Part shown: piece by piece, positions 20,168 to 30,133 of the stretch | Layout of the letters: every line of letters begins with the position of its first letter | Numbering within the stretch: the stretch's first letter is position 1 | DNA from: Candidatus Marinacidobacterales bacterium | GTDB taxonomy: Bacteria > Acidobacteriota > Vicinamibacteria > Marinacidobacterales > DATDRI01 | Length of the DNA stretch: 64,000 bases | Direction: 5' to 3' | NCBI GenBank assembly: GCA_965219415.1 | Contig: CBDCNP010000002.1 | Location: 288,001-352,000 of the forward strand | Program-made: the position numbers and the translations under genes | The notes under the pieces: model-generated | What the model was told of the DNA's origin: nothing | The model's input: only the letters and a program-made list of their open reading frames with translations | Database searches by the model: none

Positions 20168-21184
20168 ATGGGACCCACCGTATGGGTATGGCTTCAGTTC
20201 GCCTTCTGCGTCCTTCTGATCGGGGTGGCGGGAAGCAGGCTTTGCCGTTACGGAGACGTCATCGCCGAGAAGACCGGGCTCAGCGGCACTTGGATCGGGG
20301 TGGTCATGTTGGCCACGGTAACCTCCCTACCTGAGCTCGCCACCGGGATAAGCGCCGTCTCGTTCGCCAACACGCCAGATCTCGCGGTGGGAGACGTGCT
20401 GGGAAGTTGCGTCTTCAATCTCTTCATTATCTTCATCCTGGATTTCCTGCATCGCAAGGAATCCATCTATACCCGCGCCAGTCAAGGACACATACTCTCG
20501 GCCGGCTTTGGCATCATGATGCTCGGTTTCGCAGGCTTCAGTCTTCTGGTCTCCTCTCAGGGACAGGTGGTACGCATCAGCCACGTGGGTCTCTATTCTC
20601 CGCTTATTCTGGTCCTCTACGTTCTGGCGATGCGAACGGTATTCCGCTACGAGCACACCTCGAGAAAGGAATCCACCGAACAGGTCGCCGAGGTGTACGG
20701 TCACCTTTCGTTGCAGCACGCAGTGATCGGGTACTCGGTGGCGGCCGCGGTCGTCGTGGGAGCGGGCACCTGGCTGCCGTTCGTTGGGCAAGAAATCGCC
20801 CACCTGATGGATTGGGAGACAACGTTTGTTGGCACGTTGTTCGTCGCCTTCGCGACATCAGTGCCCGAAATGGTCGTTACCCTGGGCGCGCTGCGTCTCG
20901 GGGCCCTCGACATGGCCTTGGGCAACATCCTCGGCAGCAACTTGTTCAACGTTGCCATCCTGGCGGTGGACGATATGTTCTATCTCCCCGGTCCACTCTT
21001 CGATCAAGTTTCGTCCATTCACAGTGTCTCTGCAGTTTCAGCCATCATGATGTCTGGGATTGCGATCGTTGGCTTGCTGTACAGGCCTAAGACGAACTTG
21101 TTCCGCAAGGTGGGATGGATCAGCCTCTTCTTGTTTCTCGTCTACTTGCTGAACTCCTACGTTGTCTACCTATTCGAGAGTTGA
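20168..21184 (+). CDS. Sodium:calcium (CaCA-family) antiporter
   Basis: Duplicated alpha repeats TSLPEL..GDVLGS and TSVPEM..GNILGSN; multiple TM segments. Confidence 0.92.
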   Translation: MGPTVWVWLQFAFCVLLIGVAGSRLCRYGDVIAEKTGLSGTWIGVVMLATVTSLPELATGISAVSFANTPDLAVGDVLGSCVFNLFIIFILDFLHRKESIYTRASQGHILSAGFGIMMLGFAGFSLLVSSQGQVVRISHVGLYSPLILVLYVLAMRTVFRYEHTSRKESTEQVAEVYGHLSLQHAVIGYSVAAAVVVGAGTWLPFVGQEIAHLMDWETTFVGTLFVAFATSVPEMVVTLGALRLGALDMALGNILGSNLFNVAILAVDDMFYLPGPLFDQVSSIHSVSAVSAIMMSGIAIVGLLYRPKTNLFRKVGWISLFLFLVYLLNSYVVYLFES

Positions 21185-21205
21185 GTATCGTGGAGGGGTG
21201 GGCTT

Positions 21206-22342
21206 ATGAGCGATGAGAAAAAAACAACCGAGGACACCCGTCGCCCTAAGGTGGTGTTTTACTCGTTCCTACTCCTCCTCTTCTTCGTCTTCTTCCTCGC
21301 GTTCCTCGTTTTTCGACACTTCTTGGTAACCGTCGCGGTTTCCGCGTCGGTGGCCGCGCTGCTCGGTCCGGTCTACGACCGGCTTACTCGCGCCCTGCGC
21401 GGCCGGAGATCCCTCTCTGCGGCACTGATGGTCGCTCTAACCACACTCGTCATACTCGTGCCTCTTCTGACCTACACCATTTTGCTGAGCAGTCAGGCGG
21501 TGGATTTCTACGAATGGGTTCGCCCGAAGCTGGAAGCCGATGCACTCCGGCAACTTTGGAGCCAGGCTCTACCGACTCGTTACCCATGGGTGCTCAAAGT
21601 GCAGGAAGCGTTCCAATTGACAGAGCTCGATCAGGAGCGTTTGGTGGAGCTCCTCTCACCGGCGCTCAGCCAACTCGCTTCAGGGGCGAATCGCATCATC
21701 CAAGGGGCGGTCGCGGGAGTAACCTCGACTCTACTCTATCTAATACTGTTTCTCATCACGCTTTTTTTCATCCTGCGCGACGGAGAAGCCCTAGCGGGAG
21801 AACTCAAGGGGGTTTCCCCCGTGTCGCCGGTGCAATCCCACGAGATATATGAGCGCCTGACGAAAACCGTCAAGGCGGTGCTTTATGCGATGGTCGTGGT
21901 TCCGGTGGCGCAAGGACTACTAGCGATGCTCGGTTTCAAGATCTTCGACCTCCCTTCGCCGCTGTTCTGGGGAACGATGTTGATCTTCGCCGCGATCATT
22001 CCGGGGATCGGCTCACCGTTGGTTTGGATTCCCGCCACGGTGTATCTCTTTGTGGCTGGGCCTCTGTGGCAAGGGATCGGGATGCTTCTCTACGGAACGT
22101 TCGTCATCAGTACGTCCGACAACATCATCAAGCCAATCCTTCTTCACGAGACGGCCCAGATTCACCCGCTCCTCGCCTTCTTCTCGATTCTGGGCGGCAT
22201 CCTTTCTTTTGGACTCATCGGCTTCCTCGTGGGGCCGGTGATTTTGTCTCTCATGCTCTCCGCCATACGAATTTATCGGATGAATATTCTGCGAGCCCCT
22301 TCGGGGGTGATGATTCCCCCCGCCGAAGCACCGGCCAAATAG
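21206..22342 (+). CDS. AI-2E family transporter
   Basis: FFILRDG, IPGIGSPLVWIP, DNIIKP, GFLVGP. Confidence 0.92.
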   Translation: MSDEKKTTEDTRRPKVVFYSFLLLLFFVFFLAFLVFRHFLVTVAVSASVAALLGPVYDRLTRALRGRRSLSAALMVALTTLVILVPLLTYTILLSSQAVDFYEWVRPKLEADALRQLWSQALPTRYPWVLKVQEAFQLTELDQERLVELLSPALSQLASGANRIIQGAVAGVTSTLLYLILFLITLFFILRDGEALAGELKGVSPVSPVQSHEIYERLTKTVKAVLYAMVVVPVAQGLLAMLGFKIFDLPSPLFWGTMLIFAAIIPGIGSPLVWIPATVYLFVAGPLWQGIGMLLYGTFVISTSDNIIKPILLHETAQIHPLLAFFSILGGILSFGLIGFLVGPVILSLMLSAIRIYRMNILRAPSGVMIPPAEAPAK

Positions 22343-22492
22343 CGTCATCTGAGGTTAGAAAGCGTAAGAGAACTCGGCGGTCGCCACTTTCTCCACTGCA
22401 ACCGCAAACTCTCTGAATGCAGTACTATCGCTAGAGGTTCTTGCGACGATACGGCCCCGATCATAAAATGCGCCGCGAGACAAGAAACGATC

Positions 22493-23143
22493 ATGTTGCA
22501 CTACGTCATCGAGAAGCTCTCCAACCATCCGGGTCTCTTCCTCTTTTGTCGCGGACTCTTCGAGGCGAACTTCCGAGCCATTCGGCGCACGATCCACGAG
22601 CAGCTACCCGACCAGGAGGGCCGTAGGGTACTCGACGTGGCGTGTGGGCCGGGAGCTTTTTCCGAGCTATTCCCCGCGGAAACCTACGTGGGGGTGGACA
22701 TGAACCAACGCTATATCGACTACGCCCGGCTTCACTATAAGGGAACGTTCCACGTAATGGACGCGAGGAAGCTCGACTTCGAAGCGGACACCTTCGATGA
22801 TGTGCTCGTCTACGGCCTTCTTCACCATTTGAACGACGAGGATGCGCGAGCGGTCCTGGACGGCATCGCCCGTGTTCTGAAACCGGCCGGCCGAGCCCTG
22901 ATCATCGAGGACGTTCCTACCGAATCACGTCTCAACTTGATAGGACACCTACTGCATCGCATAGAGAACGGCCACTTCATCCGCACCGCCGAGGAGTACC
23001 GCACCTTGTTGGGAGGTCACCTCCAGAAGCAAGGCGAGCAGTTCTTCCGCAGTGGCTTCTGCGATTACTACATGGCGAGTCTTACGAGCGACGGAGTTCC
23101 ATCATCTGCTCCTGCCGCCGCTCAGGCCACACCCTCTCCATGA
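22493..23143 (+). CDS. Class I SAM-dependent methyltransferase
   Basis: VLDVACGPG, LLHHL, RVLKPAG. Confidence 0.9.
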   Translation: MLHYVIEKLSNHPGLFLFCRGLFEANFRAIRRTIHEQLPDQEGRRVLDVACGPGAFSELFPAETYVGVDMNQRYIDYARLHYKGTFHVMDARKLDFEADTFDDVLVYGLLHHLNDEDARAVLDGIARVLKPAGRALIIEDVPTESRLNLIGHLLHRIENGHFIRTAEEYRTLLGGHLQKQGEQFFRSGFCDYYMASLTSDGVPSSAPAAAQATPSP

Positions 23144-25119
23144 AGGCCGAGGTTCGACGCTCGGGCCTTTTGCTGCTTGCAGCATCGATACTCTTCCTTC
23201 TCGCCTATCAGGTCCCGACCGACCTCTTTTTCGACTTCGGACCCAACGACGGTGATTACGTCACCGGCTTCCGCGAAGACTTCGAGATCGATGAGCCAAC
23301 TCTGATCCATTGGTCCCTCCGACGTGGACGGGTACGACTTCCCGTCATCCTGCCGAAGGGACCCTTCGAAGTCTCCTTTCGCTATAAGCGTCACATCGCA
23401 CTGCCCGCCGAAACCGCTCTATTCGTCGCCAACGAGCAGGTCGATCGCTTCCCGGTGCCGCAGCAAGATTTTCAAGTTCGCACAGTCACCGTCTCAGAGA
23501 ACGCGCGACCCTGGACTCCACTCGACATTGTATTTCTCTCCCGATCCTCCGACCCCAGGCCCCTCGGCCTGGCTCTCGACTGGCTGCGGATCCTACCTTC
23601 CGGTCCGGTGCTACCGGCGCCGGTCGCTTTCCTTTATTTGCTGGGAACGGTTCTCGGCTTGTACGTGTTTCCTCGTCTCATCGGGTTCTCGTCAAGAGCG
23701 TCGCTCGGCATCGCGATGGGAGGAACCGTCGCCCTTGCCATAGGAACTGCCTTTCACAAGCTTGCCTGGCTTCAGGCTTCCACGCAGTTGGGACTCCGTC
23801 CACACGTCATTTCGTTCATCGTGATTGCCTTCTTCTCAGTGCGCCGGCGAAATCGGGATTCCGCGTTCTCACATCCGCTGGCCCGGTGGGCGATGCTGGC
23901 GTTCTACCTGGGAACGACGGTACGTCTGCTCGCCTTGTTCCATCCCGACTTCTACTACCCCGACGTGCGAACCCATGCCAAGTTTGTCTCCATCATTTGG
24001 ACCGAAGGCCTCGCCAGCTTTTTCATGGATCACATTCCGAACCAGCATCGTCATCTACTGGGGCTTCAGCGGGTAGGTGCAGATTGGAAGGCATTCCCCT
24101 ATCCTCCGCTGCTGTATCTCTCTATCTATCCTCTGAGTCTTCTTCGGCTCCCGGTCGAGGATTGGATGAAAATCGTGCCCACCGTGCTTTCCGGCATCGA
24201 GGGCCTCATCGTCTACGTGATGGCGCTACGACTCGGCGCATCGTCCCGCGCCGCGGTAGCGGCGAGTTGGATTCACGCAACCGCACCGCTTCTTGCGTTT
24301 CGCCTCACCGTGGCGTCCTACGCGGCACTCTTCGGCCACTCTTGGGACATGCTGGTGGCTCTCTATCTGCTCTTTCGATTCGGACAGATGGAGCGAGCCA
24401 GAGTCGGAATAGGCTTGGCGCTACTCGTCGCGCTGTCGATCCTTTCGTACGCCGGTAGCGTCCTCGTGCTGGGCCTCTTCGTGCCCGCCTTCGCTGTCAC
24501 AGTGGCGTTCCGATACCGGAACAAGATCGATATCCGGCGCGCGATACGCGTCAGCCTCTGGGCCTTGGTGGGTGCCTTGGCAGCTATCGTCGCTTTCTAC
24601 AACCAGTACATCCCGGAGCTACTGCCTCAAGGTTTGAGTCAAGCTTCCCAAACCGCATCCGAGGGTGCCTTGATCGAGCTCCGCGTCACACCAATCGCCG
24701 CATTCCAGATGACCGTTCACCGACTTTTTCTATTCTACGGACCGTTGTTCGGTCTTTTGGTCTTCGTCGGATGGTACGTGGCGCGCGGACACCTTACTCA
24801 TCGCCTAGCCTTTCCTCTCGCACTCGGGACGGTCTTCACGTTCCTTGGGCTCAACTTCTTGCGTGCAGGACTCGGGGGAACTCACATCTTCCAGTTCACC
24901 AAGGACGATTTGGTGTTGTTGCCAATGGCGGCGATCGTGCTCGGCAACCTCATGGACGTCGCAGCCAATCGGTCTCGAGCGGGAAAGATTGTTGCGGTGG
25001 GCCTTCTTGCCGGGTGGGTAGGATGGGGCTCCGTCGCTCTCGCACGCGACGTCCAATCGCGTTTTGTCAGACCCGACTATCCACCTTCGGCGTCGGCTAC
25101 GGCTTTTCCCCCGAAGTGA
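23140..25119 (+). CDS. Polytopic membrane protein, GT-C glycosyltransferase-like
   Basis: N-terminal periplasmic beta domain and many TM segments; PDVRTH and PYPPLLY motifs; ATGA overlap with the methyltransferase gene. Confidence 0.55.
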   Translation: MKAEVRRSGLLLLAASILFLLAYQVPTDLFFDFGPNDGDYVTGFREDFEIDEPTLIHWSLRRGRVRLPVILPKGPFEVSFRYKRHIALPAETALFVANEQVDRFPVPQQDFQVRTVTVSENARPWTPLDIVFLSRSSDPRPLGLALDWLRILPSGPVLPAPVAFLYLLGTVLGLYVFPRLIGFSSRASLGIAMGGTVALAIGTAFHKLAWLQASTQLGLRPHVISFIVIAFFSVRRRNRDSAFSHPLARWAMLAFYLGTTVRLLALFHPDFYYPDVRTHAKFVSIIWTEGLASFFMDHIPNQHRHLLGLQRVGADWKAFPYPPLLYLSIYPLSLLRLPVEDWMKIVPTVLSGIEGLIVYVMALRLGASSRAAVAASWIHATAPLLAFRLTVASYAALFGHSWDMLVALYLLFRFGQMERARVGIGLALLVALSILSYAGSVLVLGLFVPAFAVTVAFRYRNKIDIRRAIRVSLWALVGALAAIVAFYNQYIPELLPQGLSQASQTASEGALIELRVTPIAAFQMTVHRLFLFYGPLFGLLVFVGWYVARGHLTHRLAFPLALGTVFTFLGLNFLRAGLGGTHIFQFTKDDLVLLPMAAIVLGNLMDVAANRSRAGKIVAVGLLAGWVGWGSVALARDVQSRFVRPDYPPSASATAFPPK

Positions 25120-25142
25120 AGGAGCAAGGGGACGCAGATCGC

Positions 25143-26514
25143 GAGCTACCCTCAGAAGGTGTGGAAATAAAGTAAAGGCGGAGTAACCTTCCGCGTCACG
25201 AAACACGGCGTGAAGGGGCCAACGGAAGGAGACACCGCCATGAAGGAAAAGACCACAAGACGACGGAGCTCGTCAAGGGTGGCTTGGGAGTCGCTGGAGA
25301 AGTGGGCGAGGCTCGAGATCCAGGATTGGGTGCAGGAGCTGATGGTAGCCGAAGTCACGGAGCTTCTCGGGCGTGAGAAATCGGAGAGACGGAAGCCCGT
25401 GGACACAACGGCGGGCTATCGAAATGGATACGGTAAGCCTCGAAAGCTGACGATGAGCGTGGGCACGGTGACGGTTCGCCGGCCGAGAGTACGGGACGTG
25501 GAGGAGAGGTTCGAAAGTCGAGTGCTTCCGCTGTTCAAGCGTCGGAGCGAAACGGTGAGCGAGTTGATTCCGGAGCTGTACCTGCATGGACTAGCTCACG
25601 GAGATTTCGATTTGGCGCTCCGCGGGCTTCTAGGGGAGGACGCTCCACTTTCTCCCAGCACGGTGTCGCGGCTGAAACAGAAATGGCAGGGAGAGTACGA
25701 GCAGTGGCTAGCTCGCCCACTGGACGAACTCGAGCTCGTGTCCCTGTGGGTAGATGGCGTGTACGTGAAGGCCGGCCTTGAGAAGGACAAGGCGGCGGTG
25801 CTAGTTGCGGTTGGTGGCCTGTCCGACGGGACGAAAATCGTCCTGACGCTGGAGGCCGGGCATCGAGAATCCGAAGCGTCATGGTCGTCGCTGCTACGGA
25901 GACTGAAGAAGCGCGGTCTGAGATGTCCCCGTTTGGTGATCGGTGACGGTCATCTCGGCATCTGGGCCGCGACCCGAAACGTATTTCCAGAAGCTGAGGA
26001 GCAGCGGTGCTGGAACCACCGAATCCTCAACGTACTGGACCGGATTCCGAAAAGGGACCAGGCGCAGGCCAAGCCGCTGTTGACGGCGACCCCCTACCCC
26101 ACCAGCCTGCAGGAGTGCGAGACGAAGAAGGCCAAGTTCCAGGATTGGTGCTTGCGCAAGGGTCTTCCGGGGGCCGCGCACGTGCTCGACGAGGACTGGG
26201 AGCGGATGGTCAGCTTCTATTCCTTTCCCAAGCCTCACTGGCAACACCTTCGCACGAGCAACGTCGTGGAGTCACCGTTCGCTGCACTGAGATTGAGAAC
26301 GGATGCGGCCAAAAGGTTCAAGAAAGTCGAGTCCGCCACTGCGACAATCTTCAAACTGCTTCTGGTTGCGGAGAAGAATTTTCGCCGGCTCAACGCACCG
26401 GAGCTGATGCGAGAGGTTCACCTGGGCGTTCGATTTGAAGATGGAGACAGGGTAACGGAGTCGTCGAAGGTTGCTGCTGCCTGAACTTTTTTACACACCT
26501 ATTGACAAGAGCTC
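25143..26514 (+). mobile_element. IS256-family insertion sequence, 1372 bp
   Basis: Imperfect IRs GAGCTaccCTCAgaAGGTGTGgAAAtAA / GAGCTcttgTCAatAGGTGTGtAAAaAA; 8-bp TSD CAGATCGC at 25135-25142 and 26515-26522. Confidence 0.95.
25240..26484 (+). CDS. IS256 (Mutator-type) transposase
   Basis: YRNGY, LWVDGVY, IGDGHLG, QRCWNH, RTSNVVES; GGAGA RBS before ATG 25240. Confidence 0.96.
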   Translation: MKEKTTRRRSSSRVAWESLEKWARLEIQDWVQELMVAEVTELLGREKSERRKPVDTTAGYRNGYGKPRKLTMSVGTVTVRRPRVRDVEERFESRVLPLFKRRSETVSELIPELYLHGLAHGDFDLALRGLLGEDAPLSPSTVSRLKQKWQGEYEQWLARPLDELELVSLWVDGVYVKAGLEKDKAAVLVAVGGLSDGTKIVLTLEAGHRESEASWSSLLRRLKKRGLRCPRLVIGDGHLGIWAATRNVFPEAEEQRCWNHRILNVLDRIPKRDQAQAKPLLTATPYPTSLQECETKKAKFQDWCLRKGLPGAAHVLDEDWERMVSFYSFPKPHWQHLRTSNVVESPFAALRLRTDAAKRFKKVESATATIFKLLLVAEKNFRRLNAPELMREVHLGVRFEDGDRVTESSKVAAA

Positions 26515-26627
26515 CAGATCGCCGCTACCTTGTCATGCAATGAACTGAAATACTCTCACAACAACTGGACCCAAGAATCGGGAGGGTCATCATTTACCTG
26601 TCCCTCCGGTGGATCTTTCTACCTGAG

Positions 26628-26990
26628 CTAGTCATCATCGCCACGGTATGAACATCCGTCTACACATGTCTCCGCGATATCGATTCGTATCAGCCCCGCC
26701 AGCTGTGACTGGAGTCGTACCCAGATCCACCGGACGATGTTCTCCGATGTTGGATTTTCTAAACCGGGAATTTCGTTCAAATAGGAGTGATCCAGCAAGT
26801 CTAAGATTGGCTTGAACGCCGCCTTTATGTCTGCGAAATCCATAACCCAGCCTGCCTTCTCGTCAACCTCCCCGGCCGCGTGGATTGTTAATTGGAATGA
26901 GTGTCCGTGCAAACGCTTACACTTATGACCATCAGGGACGTGTGGAAGCCGGTGCGCCGCTTCAAAACGGAATTTCTTGTGGATTTCCAT
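26628..26990 (-). CDS. queD: 6-carboxytetrahydropterin synthase
   Basis: FEAAHRLP, CKRLHGHS, GWVMDF, LDHSYLN, ENPTSEN. Confidence 0.95.
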   Translation of the reverse strand: MEIHKKFRFEAAHRLPHVPDGHKCKRLHGHSFQLTIHAAGEVDEKAGWVMDFADIKAAFKPILDLLDHSYLNEIPGLENPTSENIVRWIWVRLQSQLAGLIRIDIAETCVDGCSYRGDDD

Positions 26991-27006
26991 GTTCTAGTCA
27001 CGATGC

Positions 27007-27230
27007 TTATGATCGGAGCCCGAATAGCTTTACCAGTTCGTCTACGATTTCACTTATACTCCGTATTTTACGACCGACGTACGAAACAGTGGGGTCGCCG
27101 ACAAAACCGCTTACTAGAAGCGCCAGCTCACTGGATGTGAAGTCGGGATCTGCTTCTACAAGAGCACGCCTCAGAAAGTCTGTTAGAGGGGTTCTGAAAG
27201 CGGCTGGCTGTAAAGAGGACAGCATTCGAA
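27007..27230 (-). pseudogene. Possible 3' fragment of an unknown gene upstream of queD
   Basis: Open frame ending ...RSISEIVDELVKLFGLRS* 16 nt before the queD ATG; AT-richer codons; no convincing 5' end. Confidence 0.3.
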
Positions 27231-27448
27231 TCCGTCTCGGAAATCCGGATGGCGCCCACGCCACCTCGACCTGTCGCATGAGCGGCTCCGACTCCGATGG
27301 CGTCGTTGATCGCAACTTGCAGGTTCACGGCACGGACAGTCTCTACGTGTGCTCCAACGCCGTTTTTCCCAACGTGGCTGCAGCGAATCCCACCCTAACG
27401 GTGGCAGCGCTCGCTGTGCGGCTAACCGAACATATTGACGCGGCATGA
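27200..27448 (+). pseudogene. C-terminal remnant of a GMC oxidoreductase
   Basis: AHATSTCRMS..DGVVDRNLQVHGTDSLYVCSNAVFP....NPTLTVAALAVRL; FAD-binding N-terminus absent; left boundary approximate. Confidence 0.8.
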
Positions 27449-27485
27449 CTCGTTGCCCCATGGTTGGCGAGAGGGAGGATCATTC

Positions 27486-28058
27486 ATGCCACTGACACGG
27501 GACAAAGCTTGGCAACACCTTTGTGAATGGACCCAGACGGATTCGCTCCGCAAGCACGCACGGGCGGTGGAAATTGTCATGCGGCAAGCCGCACACCGCT
27601 ACGGGCCGGGTGTGGATGGGGAAGAGAAGTGGGGGATCGCCGGCATGTTGCACGATGGGGACTACGAGCAGTGGCCCGAAGATCATCCCAACCGCATCGT
27701 CGCCTGGCTCCGTGAGCGCGGTGAAGAGGAGCTCGCCTACGCCATCTCCGCTCACCATACGAAGTGGAACGTTCCCTACAAGAGTCAGCTCGATCGCAGT
27801 CTCCTCGCCTGCGACGAGCTCACCGACTTCATCGTTGCAAGCTGCCTCGTCCGCCCGGATGGCGTCCACACGATCGCCCCGAAAAGCGTCCGGAAGAAAC
27901 TCAAGGACAAGGCGTTCGCTGCCAAGGTCGAGCGCGCGGAGGTTCACGCTGGTGTCGAGTTGCTCGGCGTGGATCTGTCCGAGCATATTCAGTTCATCAT
28001 CGATGCTCTGAAGCCGCACGCCGAGGAACTCGGAATCGGCGGAAGGGGTGCCGCCTAG
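27486..28058 (+). CDS. HD-domain predicted hydrolase
   Basis: LRKHARAVE, GMLHDGDYE, ACDELT, KAFAAKV; GGAGG RBS. Confidence 0.9.
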   Translation: MPLTRDKAWQHLCEWTQTDSLRKHARAVEIVMRQAAHRYGPGVDGEEKWGIAGMLHDGDYEQWPEDHPNRIVAWLRERGEEELAYAISAHHTKWNVPYKSQLDRSLLACDELTDFIVASCLVRPDGVHTIAPKSVRKKLKDKAFAAKVERAEVHAGVELLGVDLSEHIQFIIDALKPHAEELGIGGRGAA

Positions 28059-28071
28059 CAACTAGCCGGCG

Positions 28072-30102
28072 CTAGTTCTTTCGCCTTCGCTCTAGCAATT
28101 GCCCGAGCCATGCGGCGGCCAGAATCAGGAAAAAGTAGGCCGGCATGACGAACCTTGGCGCCCGACCGGACGCGAAGTTCTGGATGTAGGCGAACGGAAT
28201 GAGATGCCCCAAATAGGCAACCAACAGAAACCGCATAGGTGTCACCGAGCATAGCAGCAAGCCGGCGACACCGGCGGCGAGAACCGCGACCCCGAACAGT
28301 GGAAACTCACTCAAGCCGCTCCAAAATTTCGTCAGCGGCAAAATAGTCAGTCCGCGCAAATTGCCCATCAGCAGTTCGCCCATTTCATGGAACTCGGTGA
28401 CATAGCGGTACAGGCTTACCTCCCCCAAACTCGCGGGATTCTCTGTACCCTCCGCCCTCAACCAGAATTGTGTGTGAAAGCTGATCGCATAGAAGGGATC
28501 CCCGTGCACCCGGTAGCAGTTGACCAAGTAGGGCGCCACGAGCACGGTCATCGTGAACACGGCGACTCCCAGCATCGGCCATCCGCTCTGCTTTCGTTTC
28601 TCCCAGGCCCCCAATACCAGGATGGGCAGAACGAGACTCAGACCGCTGAGTCGAATCAAGCACACCACGGCCGCTAGAACTCCAGATATCACCGGACGCA
28701 AAACGGGGTGGCCTCGATCCCGGCCGAAGACGGTCGCTACAAAGAGGAGAAGAAAGAACACGTACGCGCTCAACCGATAACCACTCGGCGCCTCGAAGAT
28801 CAACCACTCGTGCAGAACCAGCGGTACCAGCATGGCTACCGCCCACCACCGACCCACCATGGGAATTGCCAACAGGAACGCGAGGGGCAAGACGGCGATC
28901 GAAAAGAAGAGACTCTGCAGGAGAATCCCGATCTCTCGTCTGCCGGCGAGCGCGACGAAGAACTTCACCAAACCGACGTAAACCGGCTCCCGAAACGACG
29001 CGTCGTAGAAACTACCGAGGCTCATCGCCTCGGCTCCGTCAAGATAGCTTCGGACATCCGCGCGATAGGGATCTTCTGCGAAGTTCGCGCGATAAAAGGC
29101 GTGGTAATCGGGCAGAAGAGGCCGGAGGCTCTGTTGAACGGTATTCGCCCATGGGCTCGTGTCCACGAGCTGGGAGCGAACAAGGAGCGCATCGAAACGC
29201 AGCATCGCGCCGAAACCGACGAGCAGCACGGCGGCGGCGGTCGGAACCCAACGAGCCGCTCGGTCGGCGGAAAGCCTCTCCTTCCAGAATTGCCGGGACT
29301 CGCCGGCGAAAATAACGAGCGCGAAAAACACGCTCCATCCGATGAGACAGACGATCAACGAAATGCCGGCTGCGATCTCCTTCCTTCGCAACGTGCGGGC
29401 GGTCAGCCGGTCCGCCTCGCCAGCCAGGTAATGATCGAGCGGAAGCAGTGCCATAAAGGAGGGTTGTGACCAACGCAGGTGCAGCCGCGCCGGCCCGTCG
29501 ACCTGTTCGAACCTCAGTGCGAGGCGGTGCACACCCTGCTCGAGAAATGTGTCTTCGCGCGAAGAGCCGGCTGAACGAGCCAGCCTCTTCCCATCCAAAC
29601 GAAGCACGCAGCGATTGTCGCAGTCCAGTTCGAATCGATAGACGCCGGCCCGCGGCGCAAAAAGCCAACCTGCGATCTCGAGCCGTACATCGCGCCGACG
29701 CCCCGCGATTCGGTTCAGATATTTCCGGCTATCGATGGTTAGCGAATCGATGCGCCGGTTGGCCTCTACTTCGGTTCTGCTCTCGGTTACCCTGGAGACC
29801 GTAGCAGGAAGCGACGACGCAGGTTCGACGATGCTTGCGCGCCACCAGGCCAGGGGCCAAGCGATGACGATGAGCGCGGTCGCGACGATGGCGAGAGGGA
29901 GAGGGCGAGGCTCGCTACTGGAACGTGGAACCAAGAAGAAGGCCAAGAAACTCAAACCGAACAATGGCCGGAGGCCAATGGACGGAAACGAAAAGGAGCC
30001 TAGGCTGGCGCCTTGATCACCGAGAAGCCGGATAGTGGCGATGCCGGTAAGTACTGAGAGGAGGACTAGACCGCGCTTGCTTCGGGGAAGAGGAAGAAAC
30101 AA
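28072..30102 (-). CDS. PA14-domain membrane protein, GT-C (GT39-like) glycosyltransferase-like
   Basis: GWLFAPRAGVYRFELDCDN PA14 pattern; ADVRSY, REPVY and multiple TM segments. Confidence 0.6.
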   Translation of the reverse strand: MFLPLPRSKRGLVLLSVLTGIATIRLLGDQGASLGSFSFPSIGLRPLFGLSFLAFFLVPRSSSEPRPLPLAIVATALIVIAWPLAWWRASIVEPASSLPATVSRVTESRTEVEANRRIDSLTIDSRKYLNRIAGRRRDVRLEIAGWLFAPRAGVYRFELDCDNRCVLRLDGKRLARSAGSSREDTFLEQGVHRLALRFEQVDGPARLHLRWSQPSFMALLPLDHYLAGEADRLTARTLRRKEIAAGISLIVCLIGWSVFFALVIFAGESRQFWKERLSADRAARWVPTAAAVLLVGFGAMLRFDALLVRSQLVDTSPWANTVQQSLRPLLPDYHAFYRANFAEDPYRADVRSYLDGAEAMSLGSFYDASFREPVYVGLVKFFVALAGRREIGILLQSLFFSIAVLPLAFLLAIPMVGRWWAVAMLVPLVLHEWLIFEAPSGYRLSAYVFFLLLFVATVFGRDRGHPVLRPVISGVLAAVVCLIRLSGLSLVLPILVLGAWEKRKQSGWPMLGVAVFTMTVLVAPYLVNCYRVHGDPFYAISFHTQFWLRAEGTENPASLGEVSLYRYVTEFHEMGELLMGNLRGLTILPLTKFWSGLSEFPLFGVAVLAAGVAGLLLCSVTPMRFLLVAYLGHLIPFAYIQNFASGRAPRFVMPAYFFLILAAAWLGQLLERRRKN

Positions 30103-30133
30103 GCAAGCATATTGTCACAGTCGGAAAAGGGAT

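Noticed and set aside
26528-26600. Small Cys-containing ORF downstream of queD (MMTLPILGSSCCESISVHCMTR, minus strand)
   Set aside because: Only 22 codons with an RBS-like GGAGG and no other support; could be chance.
26885-27448. 187-aa ORF as a complete GMC oxidoreductase
   Set aside because: Its N-terminal part overlaps queD antisense and has no GxGxxG FAD motif; only the last 70-80 aa are GMC-like.
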